This document shows, piece by piece, positions 40,532-53,487 of a stretch of DNA of 64,000 nt. Positions within the stretch are counted from its first letter, which is position 1. Every line of letters starts with the position of its first letter. Source of the DNA: Lama guanicoe (lineage: Eukaryota); the NCBI GenBank assembly GCA_013239625.1, contig MU053652.1:1862001-1926000 (forward strand). The letters run 5' to 3'. Both the position numbers and the translations under genes were made by a program. Below the pieces are notes generated by a model, which saw only the letters and a program-made list of their open reading frames with translations, did not search any database and was not told where the DNA came from.

Positions 40532-40632
40532 CTCACCAGAGTCCCTGTGGAGTCCTGTGGTCAGTATCGGAGCTGCAGCGAGTGTCTTGGCTCGGGCGAT
40601 CCCCACTGTGGCTGGTGTGTGCTCCACAACAC
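40532..40632 (+). CDS. PLXNA4: Plexin-A4 internal coding exon (~exon 5): end of Sema domain and start of PSI1
   Basis: Acceptor ctctctctctcttgtggtcctgtcctag with branch-like cttaac at 40494-40499; donor ac|gtgagt. 101 nt, phase 0 to 2. Translates [33 protein letters not shown](T), with the PSI CxxC..DPHCGWC motif. Matches plexin-A4 as recalled. Not in the ORF track in this frame. Confidence 0.97.
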
Positions 40633-42954
40633 GTGAGTACCACTGGGCAACCTCCTCCTGCTTCTCACTTCCCCCTGTAATCCCCTTCCTGCTTGCCGTC
40701 TTCGCTGTCACCACTCTCCTACGCTTTGATCTCTCTCTTCTGTCCCTCTCTTTTCTTACTCTTCCTTCCTTGTATCCTTTGTAATCTGATCTCCCTTCTT
40801 TTGTTGTGACTTCAATTTAAATTGCCAAATTCCTGTAAAAATATATGGCAATGTCAGCACGGGAATGATGTTGGGTCAGGATATGGAATCACAGACAGGA
40901 AGGCTGGAGGGAGATCTCTGGACATTTCTGGCTGTAATTTGACTATAGGCTGACATTTCAAGGCTGAACAGCAGGAAAAAGGCATTGGACTATTTTCTCC
41001 AGGCTCACATGGACCACTAAGTCACGTATGAGCTATCTCCACTGTTCACTTGCTGATTCAGCGGCCACTTAACAGACTCTTCAATGTCCCTGCCAGAATC
41101 TTCTGGTAGTTGAGGTGTAAGTTCAAGTTCATAGCACCCAAGAACCCTCCTCTGCTGTCCTGACACTCAAGTGGCTGTCAGAGCACTGGGGTCACTAGAC
41201 CAATGGAGCCCTGACCCGAGTGCTAGGCACTCCCCGCCATGTGCCTCTTCCTTGCTGGCTCCATTTTGTTCTCTAGAAGTGGGAGGAAGACAATGGTATA
41301 CAGTGGAGATAAATGGTAACCTAATAAATGAGCTGAGGAATGGAATGTAGGGTACAGACAACCAGCCAGACACAGAGGGGGAGCTGAACGCCTTTTTCTT
41401 AGGGGGTCCAAAGACCTTGGAATCACTGACTGGAGAAGCCAGCGGTCGTTGTGCCCCACTCAGTGGAACTTGGTCCCAGCCAAGCTGTTGCCGCTGGAAG
41501 CCCAGGCTTCTACTCAGCACTTGAAACCTGACACGTTGTGAGCTGGACACGAGTGTTATAAATTAGAAAGGACTTAAGTTTTCCTACTAAGAGCCTAAAC
41601 AGTGTGTGACCAATGAGATTTACCGGTCATTTTCTACTGTAAATTGGCAGGGACAGGATCTTGCCTCATCCCACTCCAGGAGTGCCTCTGAAAGTTAGAA
41701 AGGCCCCCCTTAGATTCTAACACATCCTCTCCAAGGGCTCTGGTTGGCACCCTCCCTTCTCTGGGTGACAGTCTCAGGCATAGTGAGTCCTTGAGTGCCC
41801 TAAGTTAGAAGGTCTGAAGTCCCTCGGGTATGTCGTGGTGGGAAAAAATTGAGACCTACTGACCTACACTGAAAAACACGTTAAGTCAGAGATGACCGAA
41901 AACTGGGTACAGGAGTGTACCCCAAACTGTATACGGTAACAGAGAGCAGTGGAGCCTAAGCCTGGCCGGCAGACAAGAGGATAGTAGAGATTGCATTCAG
42001 AATCCACATCAGCTCTGATGGACCCAGGAGAGTTGCCCAGATGATGCTCTGCAAGGCAGAGTGAAGCCGTTTTCTTTGTCTCACACAGTGAGGGTTCTCA
42101 GAGAGGGACCGTGCTCCGGATCCGTTGCTTCCTTGGGGGCTTTAGGCCAGCTGGCTTTCAGCTTGGCCAAGGATGGCTCCACTGCCCCTGCGTGAGGCTC
42201 TCACACCTGGCATCATTCAAGGGCCATCAGAAGAGCTGCCCCCACCCCCGACACTCTATGCCTGTGGGACCCAAAGGCAGGTCTCTGTGTCAGCTTTGAT
42301 CTCGCCTGGTGATGCTGGCCAGCCCCACGTAGCACTGAGCCCTGTGAGATAGCAGCAGGGGGGCTGTGAGTACCCCACCTCCCAGCCCCAGAGCTGAGAT
42401 CAACAGGAATGAGAAAGGGATTACCACAGACTAGATCCTGCATGGCCTCGGCCTCCCCTCAGTAACCTCATACCTGCCTCCTGTCGAGCGACAGAAAACA
42501 GGGTGGACTGGGGCCAAGGTGAAGTCCGGACAGTTCATGAAGGAGGCTGTGAGCCTGCACTGGGAAGCCAGCCGCTCTACTCTCAGCAGGGCCTGAAGAA
42601 GACAGCCATGGACGTGAACTTTGGGCATCAGCCATCAAGTCCAAAATCCACATCCCCCAACTGTGCAGCGGCCTGGGGCAGCATCCCAGCTCCAGGGTGC
42701 TCTGCCGGCTCGAGGTGTGGTTCTCTGTAACCTCTCCTGCTTGTGTGAAGAGCCTGGTGCTGGGGGCTTTGCTGATGGATCAGGGAAGGGCCAACTGCCC
42801 CGGGGGATTCAGCTCATGAGCACACTAGGCCAGGGCTGCCTGCCCACCATGACACTCAGTAACTCCATCCTTCCTCTCTCCCCACTAGAGTTAATGACCA
42901 GGAGAACCCCCTAGCTCATGTGGCCAGGTGAAGGATCTTCCAAGACATGTTTAA

Positions 42955-43110
42955 TCAAGATATAATGTTTAATTAATATAGATAAGCAGAACCTAAGTAT
43001 ATAGTTTGAAAGTTTTGACAAATGTAAAACAGGGGTAATCCCCACCCTCATGGATTTATACAGTATTTCCTTCATCCAGAAAATTCTCTCATGCCCCTTC
43101 CTAGTTCTTC
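42955..43110 (-). mobile_element. Old L1M 3' fragment
   Basis: aagtatatagtttgaaagttttgacaaatgt..ccagaaaattctctcatgccccttc. Confidence 0.6.
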
Positions 43111-44570
43111 CCAGTGGGTCTTTCTTAAGCTCAGGTCAAAGCCAGATATCGCTACTCTTAAATGTCTAGTTTGCACCCCTTTCATTTGAAATAGATGCCA
43201 ACTGGGTGTTCATGACAGGGAGAGATGCATGAGGACGTGGACCAAGCGGGAGGGAGGGGAGCAGGCTGGGGCAGGCAGAGGCAGTGCGGGAAGGACAAGG
43301 ACTGCCAGAGAGCCTGCAGACGCTCACCCCCTGGCGCCTGGGTTTAGTAGGAAGGGAGGGAGGTGAAAAGTGCAGGGCATTTCATCACTTTAGGGGAGCG
43401 CTGTACCCGCACACACAGACTTGTCCCTAGACCTTTCACATGGGCCGTGCCCTCTCTTTGCCAGGCACTGTGCTAGGCTCGGGGCACACAAGGGGCCCGC
43501 ATGAGACTGTCCACCCTGAAGCAAGTTCTTGGGAACCAGGTCTCCGGTCCAAGGATGGGGCGAGGGTTGCAGTCTGGACTAGCTCCAGCGCCTGTGTCAG
43601 GTCCGCGTCCCGGGCAAGACCCCGTCCGTGCTAAGTGCTGCAGGCCCAGTGAGCCCGACCCTGGGAAAACCCGTGCAAACGCACGCTGGAAAGAGGGTTC
43701 CTTGTGATGTCGAGATACATCCACCTTCTCTGTCGCTTTGCCACTTTTCCCAGGGTTGTAAGGAGTGAGAGGGTGGGGAACTTTGTGGGTTGTGACAGCC
43801 TGCGTGCAGTTCAAGGCAGCCCCACCAACAGGTGGCTCAGGTGGCTCAGGTGGCTGAAAGGGCCGCTTGTACCAGCAAGGGCACAGGTGGGTCGCACAGT
43901 GAACAGGCTTAAGAAATGTTCATGTAATTGAAACCTTCCCCGCTGTTACTCACTCTCAATTGTCCTGAAGCACAGGCCTGCCAACCCAGTAGCACGGGGG
44001 GGACACCCCATCGCCATTCCTGGCAGCCCCAGCCCCCAGCCCACAGGCTTGCCGGTTTCTAATGGCAACAATAGCTTCTACAAACTGGGTATTTATTCGT
44101 CCATGACCTTGAGACTTTGTTTGCAGAGCCTCCACCTTGGGCCTGAGCCTACCTGTTTTGACTCGGTGAAGGAAAGGAAAGCTTACAGCCCAGCCTGGCT
44201 TCACCTGTCCTGGGCCTGGAATGATCCTTCCAACCACCAGGTCCCCAGCCCCCTCTCCGTCTTCCCCTCCCACACTCAGGCCAAGAAGCCTATTCGTCTC
44301 GGCAGGTAACGGGATCCCCCACAGACCCAGCCCCATCGATTGGCCCAGACATTACCTTTCTTCAGAAGGGTCATCTGCTTCACTCCTGGGAGGCTCGAGT
44401 AACCCAGGACATTGACAGGGAAAGATAAGATCAGCTTTTATAAAGCCTTTCCCTTCCCCGCTGGGGACCTCTCCTCTTTGCAGAGTTCTTCTCTTGGAAG
44501 AATGCCCTCCCTGGGCTGGGTTGGCATAGGTCACTGTTCAGGATTCACTTCATATAGCTTCTGCCAAGAT

Positions 44571-44650
44571 GGAAAGAAGGAAAGGAGAGGGAAAAAGAGC
44601 AAAGGAGAGGAGAGGAGAGGAAAGGAAAGGAGAGGGAAGGAAAGGAAAAA
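44571..44650. repeat. Polypurine (GGAAA/GGAGA)n low-complexity tract
   Basis: About 80 nt almost entirely A/G. Confidence 0.85.
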
Positions 44651-45411
44651 TGCTGCCACCTGGAGCAGAAGGGATGGGTTAAAACTAAGAACCCATCTGT
44701 GGATAGATCCAGTCTGGGTTTAGTTTCCTCAGCTATGAAATCACAATGAAAAGAGCCATCTACAGCCACGCTGTGAAAATTAAGAGAAATGATGTGCATG
44801 CAGCCCCTTGAGGGGCCTGGAGGTAGCCCCGACTTCAATGGCTATGTAAGCAGAGGCCTTGGGTCGGACCCAGGGTGTTCTCCGTGGCCCCTCTCCCCTT
44901 CTTGTCCTCCCCAGGACTGGAGGGCTGTGGCTGGGTGGCTGGGACAGACCCACCACTGGAAAGTCTTCCTGCCTCAGGCAGCTCCAACCAACCCTGCTCA
45001 GTCTTCAGCAGCCACGTGTGCCTGGGAAAGTGCGGAGAGAGCAGTTTGTCCCATAGCCATGCTAAATGTCCCCTTAAGTCACGTACAGACTCATTCTAAA
45101 ATGCACATCTTTTGGCGCTTCTTCTTAGCAACTCCTATAGCCTAGTTTTCTGTTTATCTTTTTAACCTGTATCCAAGGGCTACTGAATACTAATCTGCTA
45201 AGTGGATGATGGCTCCTCTCTCGGGCTGTTTGCAGGATGTCCACACAAGCAGGCGGAATTGTTAGGATCCCCTTCTGCCCAGCAAACTCTTTGCAGTCTC
45301 TGCTGTGGTCTTCCCTCTTTGCCAAAAATGTATCAGCCTCTGGCCCAGAGGAGAGAGTCCCAGACGAGATACCAGTGTTTGTGAATTTTTCTTTCCACGA
45401 CTCAACAGATC

Positions 45412-45631
45412 TAGTTGTCCCTTGGTATCCACAAGGGATTGGTTCCAGGACCCACAGCAGATACCAAAATCCATGAATGTCAGATCCCACAGTCGGCTCT
45501 CTGTATCTGTGGTCCCACACCTGCAGACTCAGCCAATCACGGATCACATAGTACTGTAATATTTATTGGAGGAAAAAACACATATAAGTGGGCCGCAGCA
45601 GTTCAAACCCATGCTGTCTACGGGTCAGCTG
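45412..45631. mobile_element. TcMar-Tigger MITE (MER2/MER8-like)
   Basis: Imperfect TIRs agttgtcccttggtatcc..ggattggttccaggacc and gttcaaacccatgctgtctacgggtcagctg. Confidence 0.8.
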
Positions 45632-48450
45632 AATTAAGGAAACTTGGTTTTTTCTGTCTTAACCACCGCCTTCTCCCTGCCCTCTCCACATACAGTATGT
45701 ATAACACATGCTTTCATGACCAAAGCATGGTAAATCAACAGTGCCGTCTTCTCGTGTGAATTAGAACAAGCCTGCAGTCTGTGCGAGCTCAGAATGTCCC
45801 TCCCAGTCCCAGGACTTGGCTCCCTGGGGCAAGCCTGAGGAGCTGGGCTCCCTCTGAGGCTCAGAGTCCAGACATGCACACCCATAGACCAGCGTTCATA
45901 CACTCTGCCCAGTCATGCCGCCAGGGGTGTGCAGTGGCCCAGCTGGCCACAGAGCTGATGGCTTCTCTGCACCAAGCCGGCTAGCCTGGTGACATTAATG
46001 GGCACCAAAGCTCCAGACTATTGAATGAAGTGTAGTGTGAAGGCTGATAGGGAACAGAGTAATTGTTGAGTGCTTCTCGAGCCTCCCCTTGTAACTGACT
46101 TGATTGTGCAGAGAACGATTAGCCTGCAATGGTGCACGTTTGCTTTCTCCTCCTCCTCCTCCTCTTTCTCCTTCTCTTGTCCTCTCTCCCTCTGTCTCTC
46201 CACTCCTGCTCTCCTCTCTACCTTTTCCTTCCTAACCTCTCCTCAACCTTACAGGAACAAGTAGTTCCAAACAGTGCCCCCTTCTGACAAAAAGAAGGCA
46301 AGACAGCCCCCCTTCACCATCTCTTTTGGCAACTGCTAAACGCAACCTCTCTTCTCTGAAAGCAGGAACTACCACCTGAGGTTGGTTCAATGGATCACTC
46401 ATTTTGGGAGGGGCCAAAAGAAAGCCAAGGCAAGACTCCAACCTGGGACCTGGGGCAGAGTGTGGCTTCTCTGCATAGACAGCAGGCCCAGTATTTGAGC
46501 CGGTCGTGGTGGGACAGGACCACTTGGTTGCTACAAGAGCCCAGAAAGGTTCTTAGGCCTCCACTGCACTCATGCGCCTGCTGGTTCCTGTTAAGTCCTG
46601 TGCTCTCCTCCTGCCTCGTGATCTCACCCACTGAGACCTGGGAGGCCTGGTGAATCCAGCATCCACTGTCCAGGCTGGCTTTTGATCTTTAGAGATGATA
46701 AAAGGGTGCTGGGTTCAGTTGCCAGCAGCTGGTGGCAGAGGGAAAATTATAGTACAGTTGTGATCTTCCTGTCTTGGAGTTTAACCAAGAACCACCTGAA
46801 TGCTTAGACTTCCCTGAGACCAGGGTCAGTCGCTGGATCCTAGAATCACGGACCTGAAAGGACTCATCTGGTCCATGGCCTTCATATAAGAAGCCCCTTA
46901 CTCACCCATTTGCCTAGAAAGACTCCCTTTACTATCTAGTCCACTTTCCTCCAAGCCGCACACGCACTGGCCCATGTCGGTGGGCATTCCTAAAGAGGGC
47001 AGGGGGAGTGAGGTTAGGAAACCCGGTCTCTTCCTCATCAGGGTTCCCAGATGTGGAGCCCCGACAATGCTCGAAGAGCCCCCCTGGTCTCCAACTTGAA
47101 TCAGGTTTCTCTTAACTTTCCAATAAAGCTCATTTGGGAAGCCCCACCTCATTTTTTCCCAACCTCCTCGTGTTCTAAACACAGGTTCCCCAAATTCTGC
47201 ACTTTAAGCACAGGTCATGACCAACATGAAATGTTAAAGGTTGGGGATCACCCATGGAGAGAAGCAGGGAGCCAGTTCTGATATCCAAGGCTGGCAGACC
47301 CATGCTGGAGGGCCTGGGGAGATGGACCAGCAATGACTCCCCCCAACTCCAGCCTGGAGGCTCACCCAGGCTGGACTCACAGAGAGCCCCACTTCCAAAT
47401 TGAAATTTGCTTGCCCAGCCAGCAGCACTGGGAGTTAATATTTCTAGCACTTTATTTAGGAATTAATTTCTAGAGAACTTAATCACCACCTCTTTCTCTC
47501 TCCCTCACCCCCTTCTTTTCTCCATTCCTCTCCCTTCTAATTTTCCACTTGGCTGGGAATTCTCCAGCAGTGAAAGTTCAGGCTTAGGGGAGGCGGTAGT
47601 AGCTGCTTCATTAGAGAGGATAATCTCATTGGAACCACTGACTTGAATAATAACCCCTCCAGGGGCCAGGGCCTTTGTCCCCAAGGGCTTTTGGCACCTC
47701 TGAACTGGGGCTGGAGGACCAGCCGCAGAGAAAGTGGAGTGGGGAGGGGAGGGGAGCTTAGGAGTGCCAGACTCCAATTCCAGAGCGGGGCTGTCTTCCT
47801 CCGCTGCTTCCTGCTGGCCACCTGCAGGTCTGTGTTTGGTGGAGGTGGCAGTGGTGGTGACAGGAATGAATGTCTGGGAACTCAGAGTCATATGGTGTGC
47901 ACTTTTTGAGTCCTGCCTGGAAAAATGGGTGAAGTAGGGTCTTCCTCCATGTCCAAAGAGCTTTCATAGCAGAATCAAGTAAATGCTTTGGGAAGTACCT
48001 GGAGCCCCTTTGAAGGGAACATCTAAGCCAGCCCCCTACTCCTTCCACCCCTAGGAGTCATGAACCAACCCTTTGCACATCTCCTAGCTCTTACCTGGAC
48101 TAATGGGAAACCACAGTCCCGGAAGAGCAGGAAGCTATTACCCTGACCGACCCTGTAAGAACTCAAGAGGAATCTATTCTTCCCTCTCCATTTTCCAATC
48201 ACTTCTAAGGTCAATTGTCTGTGCTTCTGGACATTTGCAGCTCCTGCTCTCATGGGCCCTGAGAGATGGTAGAAATGTCAAAACATCCCTGACAATGACC
48301 TTAAACTTGACTTTCTACGAAGAGAGCTGAGTTCTCAATACCCTTTGACAGCTAGGAAGAAAGCAGAGCTACAACCCAGACCATTCTTACCCTCTTTGCT
48401 CTCTCCTGGCCTCTGGGACTCCCCCTCCCTCATTAAGAGGAAAAGTGGAA

Positions 48451-48575
48451 GGGGGAGGGTATAGCTCAGGGGTAGAGCATGTGCTTAGCATGCACAAGGT
48501 CCTGGGTTCAGTCCCCAGTACCTCCATTAAAAATAAATAAATAAACCTAATTACCTCCCCGTCCCCCCTAAAAAA
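48451..48575 (+). mobile_element. vic-1-type tRNA(Ala)-derived SINE (camelid)
   Basis: ggggagggtatagctcaggggtagagc (A box)..ttagcatgcac..gggttcagtcccc (B box)..taaaaataaataaataaacctaattacctcccc. TSD aagagga(a/g)aagt at 48435-48446 and 48574-48585. Confidence 0.85.
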
Positions 48576-48707
48576 GAGGAGAAGTTGGGCAGCCACCCCT
48601 GTCCTTTTGTTTTTGATTTGCCCCATGGGCCAGTCTGGGAGGAGATCTGTGCTTCCCCGTTAGCTGCAGTTAGGAAGGGCTGGATGAGGAAGGCAGAGAA
48701 AGGATGG

Positions 48708-48900
48708 GATAATAATACTAGCTTTTACTGAGGGCTTACTATGTCTGAGCTATGCTCTGTTCTAAGTGCTCTCCTTGCATAGTCTTTTAACCCTTATAAT
48801 AACCGTATTAGGTAGATAGTATTTTGTCCCAATTTTGTAGATGAGAATACTGAGGCAGGAAGAGGTAAGTAATTCACACAATTACACAGTTAGATGGGAT
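48708..48900 (-). mobile_element. MIR SINE
   Basis: tttactgagggcttactatg..gtagatgagaatactgaggca. Confidence 0.75.
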
Positions 48901-49705
48901 GTTTAAAACTGTGGGCTAGAGGTGGCTGCCCTGGTAAGACCCGTATCTGGGAGGAGATGACAAATGGCTACTTGGGGGCTCTCAGGAGCCAAGACAGGAT
49001 GCAGCCTCATGAGCACTGGGAGCAGCAAGCCATGCAGATAGAACTTGTCTTGAGATTCCTCCATGGAAGTTCCTTTATACCCCCTGGAAGAGAGAGGGAG
49101 TCACCTCTTTTCTCTCTGGACTCTTATTTAGTAACTCCGGGTGATGTTTGGGCTGCAAGAAGCTTCATTTTTCCTCTCTTCATAATTTAATCAAAGACAT
49201 TTTTCAGATCTACTGATTGCTTTTGGAAATAGGAACTTCAAAGTTGGGGAGTCAGTGAATAATTGAAACCCGTACCAGCTCTCTGGGTCTGCTGTTAATG
49301 GGAGTAATAACACTATTAATAGCGATGTCAGTGCAGACACCCTGGAAAAGTCCATAACATTAGCTTAATGGCTGGAGGTAATGAAGTCCTCGAAGAGGAG
49401 CTAGCCTGGTAAATTAACTTCCTAGACTTTTAGGCAGACGCCCTTGTTGCCATGGGTCTGCTAGAACAGCCCAGCAGTGCCTTGGAGAGGACCACACTCA
49501 AGTCTGACCTTCCACCCTTGGGATGAGATTCCCAGAAGGGTCCTGGAGAATTCACAAGTCTCAGTAATATTCAAAGTGCTTCCAGTGGCAGGCAGAAACA
49601 GCGATTAGCCTAGACAAGAAGATTGAGGGGACATTTTAAAATTGGCCTAAGCATATAAGGGACATCAGGATGGCAAGGAAAATGGGCTTCGTCTAGAAGC
49701 TTCAG

Positions 49706-49945
49706 GGAGGTAGAGCACAGTGGATGAGAATGGAGGCTCCAGAGTTCATCTGTGTTCAAATACAGGCTCTCTCTGATTAGCTGGTGACCTTGAGCAAGTG
49801 CCTAACCACCTCTGCAGTTTCCTGATCTGTAAGGTGGGGTTTAAAATCGTACCAGCCTCCCAGCATCGTTGGGAGATTCAGTGACATAAACTGTAAGCCC
49901 CTTATCACCGTGTCTAATGAGAGCTCATCGGCTAGGAGCCATGAT
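49706..49945 (+). mobile_element. Near full-length MIR SINE
   Basis: agcacagtgg..gttcaaat..tgaccttgagcaagt..cagtttcctgatctgtaa. Confidence 0.75.
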
Positions 49946-51538
49946 GGGTTTATTCAGAATTGTTTTTCACTTTTGCATTACACATCCAATTTACTCCGAG
50001 GTCATCCTTTTTGTCCATATCGCCCCTTTCTTCCTCTAGCCCATACCTCCAGTGATTTCTCAGTGAAATTCTCCACTGTTAGGCTGTCTTTCCCACCAAG
50101 GCCAAGGTGCCTTCCTACCCCGTGGCTGGAGAAGAGGCCCCCACAGCTGTCCTCTGTGCCTGAGAGTCACCCCAAGAGCATCTCCAGGTATCCGGGCGCC
50201 TCTCTGCCTCCATTTTTTATCCCACCCCCAACACCCTTCTGCATCTTGAGGCAGATGTTCTCTGCCAAGAGCTTCCTCCACAGATGGGTTCCGCGTGCCT
50301 GGCTGTTTCATTCCCTACTCGACTCTTCACCCAGTGCTCCCTCCTGTCCTGCAACAGCCCCTGACATCCCCCTTCCTCTGCAGTCTACTCTCTTTAACCA
50401 AAAGAGATCAGTGATCAGGAGTGATTTCCCTGTAGTCCCATCTTATCGCAACTTGTCCCTCTGAGGACCCTGCTTTCCCTCACCCCACAGCAGAATCAGT
50501 AGCCCAGAGGTTCCAAATCATGGCCACTCAGCGAAACCCCGTGTTCACACGGTTTGTCTGGCTTGGTTTGCATACTGTTCCCTGAAAGTCAGTTTACTTC
50601 CAGCAGTAAACTCCCACTGTAGGGCAGGGCTAGCCCCGGGACTGTAAGGTCTCAGGTCACCTGGATGTGATCCACCTGTGACATGGCACACTTTGAACAA
50701 CACAGGACACTAAACAATAATAGAAAACTTTCTATGGCAGTTACCCTGTGCTGTGGAACTGGGGTTCAGATCCAGCGCCGACTGGCTTCAGAGCAAGCTG
50801 TGAACTACCACACTCTGCAGCTTCCATCCCCCCTCCCCTCCCTCCACCTACCAGTGTTTCCCTTCTGTCTGCTGGGCAGGAGGCAGGCAGGGGGATTCCA
50901 AATAGGTCAGGCACAGTTTCTCCTTTTGAGAAGTTCACTCTTGGTGGGAGAGGGCGCCACTTAGCCTAAGAACTGTTATATAAGCCGAGAAGTTCTAACT
51001 CAGTGCTCTCCACTTTGCCTGGCGTAGGAGTGGGTTGGCGGGGAGAGGGGAGCACTTGTAGGTGCATACTAGTTGACGCATGTCTGGAAGGACAGGTAGA
51101 AGCTGGACAAGGGAAATGTGGGCAAGTGGGCGGTCCAGACAGAAGAACTGGCATGCCCAAAACGAGGAGATCTGCAAGAGGAGATACGTGGAAAGAAGAG
51201 TCTTGGTTGGCTAAGCAGGGGCTGAGGCTGAGTCGGAAGGGACAACAGGCAGGACTTCCAGCTCTTTCTGTGAATGAGGAGGACCCGCGGGCACTTTAGG
51301 ATGACTCCTGAGGTTTTGCGATCCGAAATCAGCCAATGGTTGGAATTATTATCTGCTTCCAATTCAGGCATGATGGGAGAGGACCAGGCTGGAGGGGGGA
51401 AACCGAAAGGTTAGTCCTGGGCACGCTGAGTTTGGACACATCTTGGGAGCTGCTGGCGGTGCCTGACCTCCACGCCGGCCCCTCGCTGGACCCGAGGCCT
51501 TCCCCTGAGTCCCTCGTCGGTTGGTCTGTCCTTCCCAG

Positions 51539-51662
51539 GTGCACCCGGAAAGAGCGCTGTGAGCGGTCCAGAGAGCCCCGCAGGTTCGCCTCCGAGATGA
51601 AGCAGTGCGTCCGGCTGACCGTCCATCCCAGCAACATCTCCGTGTCTCAGTACAATGTCCTG
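51539..51662 (+). CDS. PLXNA4: Plexin-A4 internal coding exon (~exon 6): PSI1 C-terminus into IPT/TIG1
   Basis: Acceptor gtctgtccttcccag; donor ctg|gtaagg. 124 nt, phase 2 to 0. Translates CTRKERCERSREPRRFASEMKQCVRLTVHPSNISVSQYNVL, inside ORF 51336..51893. Confidence 0.97.
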
Positions 51663-52375
51663 GTAAGGCCGTGGGACTGGGGTCCGGGATGTGGGAAGAG
51701 CCCTCTCCCCACCAAAAAGGGCCACAGGTCTGCACGCCTCCAGAAGGCCGGGCCATGCCTGGCCAGCAAACCTGCTCCAGAGCAGGGCAGAGATGTCAAA
51801 GAAGGTGTCCCTGAGATGGAAGAGGGGGACGTGCACAGAAATATTGGGGAAGAGGCTCTGTGCGTGATGGCAGAGAGGCAGGGAAAGCTGTGACCCCAAA
51901 GGTGACTGAGAGAGTGACCAAGAAAGCGAGAGCGCTGGGAACACCACCCTTGCCTATAACGTGGGGAAGAGGCGTGTGCAGGGGAGGGAAGGGGAGATGG
52001 CGCCCACGCGCCTGCTGGGCACTTGGTGGTTGGTGTTGCTGTTTTCTAAAACTGGGGGTAATGGGGAGGAGCTCGATCAGCAGCGCCTCAGTCCTGCCCC
52101 TCTTTTTACCTACACATCCCCGAGACGATCCCTTTTCTGGGGCCAGATCCATCCAGACTCTAATTTCTTTTGTCTCGGTCTCCTAACATCCCACCACCTA
52201 CTCTATGTGCTCCTGTAATAACTAGGATCTCTCCCTCTCTATGTCAATATTGCCTCATGCGTTTCTCTTTTTCCTTTCTCTCTGACCTCTCTTGCTCTCC
52301 CTCCTTCTTTATTCTATACCTTCTTTCTCCCATTTCTCTCTCCTCCTCTCTCTCCCCATGCTGGGCTGTTCACAG

Positions 52376-52529
52376 CTGGTCCTGGAGACATACAATGTCC
52401 CCGAGCTGTCAGCTGGCGTCAACTGCACCTTTGAGGACCTGTCAGAGATGGATGGGCTGGTGGTAGGCAATCAGATCCAGTGCTACTCCCCGGCAGCCAA
52501 GGAGGTGCCCCGGATCATCACGGAGAACG
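52376..52529 (+). CDS. PLXNA4: Plexin-A4 internal coding exon (~exon 7): IPT/TIG1
   Basis: Acceptor gctgttcacag; donor acg|gtgagc. 154 nt, phase 0 to 1. Translates LVLETYNVPELSAGVNCTFEDLSEMDGLVVGNQIQCYSPAAKEVPRIITEN(G), inside ORF 52292..52687. Confidence 0.97.
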
Positions 52530-53487
52530 GTGAGCGGTCCCCAGAGGCGAAGCTTTGCGGCGAGTCCTTCTTCCGCCTGGATGATGAGAACTCAAGACGG
52601 ACACGGGGGACTGAGGGAGCGCACAGGAGGGGGGGGTCAGAGGAAGGGGTGTGCGTTGGTGGGTATGTTACAGGAAGAGGGGCATGAAGTGTTCCTCCAA
52701 CCCTGCTGCCTTTGGAATTGAAACCAGGTGAGCAACTGTGGGCCAACATCACTCTAGGTGAGGAGCAGCTGCAGAGAGAGCGGGAGAGGGAAGGGCCAGC
52801 ACAGCATCAGAGCATACTGGTCAAGTTCACAGATCGTGCTAGAGCATGACAGGGCTGGCCTGGAGGGGCACAGGAGGAGGGGAAGCCGGTCTGGAGCAGG
52901 GATGGAATGTGGGGGGCATCTGGCTCCTTACCCACTGCCTGCACTGCTGGGTCTCGCACCCTGGACCACTGCCCCACTTTGCCCTGCCTCCCCAGAGCTG
53001 CCTGCTCGTGGCCAGCTGCTCTGGAAAGGATGGTGTGGACAGAGGCCCAGCGCTGGCAAGTTACAGGCCGGCCTAGGCAGCCTGATTCCATGCTGGCCCT
53101 CTCATTTGGGCTTGTCACATTTGTTCCAAGCTGATTGATTAATGAGGCTCTTGGGGAAGGCACAGAACAAGGGGACTGGGGTCAGGGCTGTGAATTAAAC
53201 ATGGGCCTCAGCTCCTCCCTGGCGCCAGCTGAGGATTCCAGGGACGCCTGCCCGAATGGAGCCCTGAGCCCATCAGAGGAGCGGGCGTCGGCACAGGGGC
53301 TGTCTTGGTAGAGACAGGGAATGAGCTCGCATGCGCACACACAGAATGCAAACCCTCTTGTGTAGTTTGTGGCAGCATTGCAAAATCTACCTGTTTCTCC
53401 TAGTAGCTAATCAACGTGTGTGTTTGTAATTCTGTGAGTCCGGCAGGCACATCATGCATGTGAGTGCACACTTGAATACCTGTCACG

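Noticed and set aside
48451..48525. Possible tRNA-Ala gene
   Set aside because: It has a SINE tail and TSD, the anticodon region reads AGC within a degenerate cloverleaf, and there is no poly-T terminator. It is a tRNA-derived SINE.
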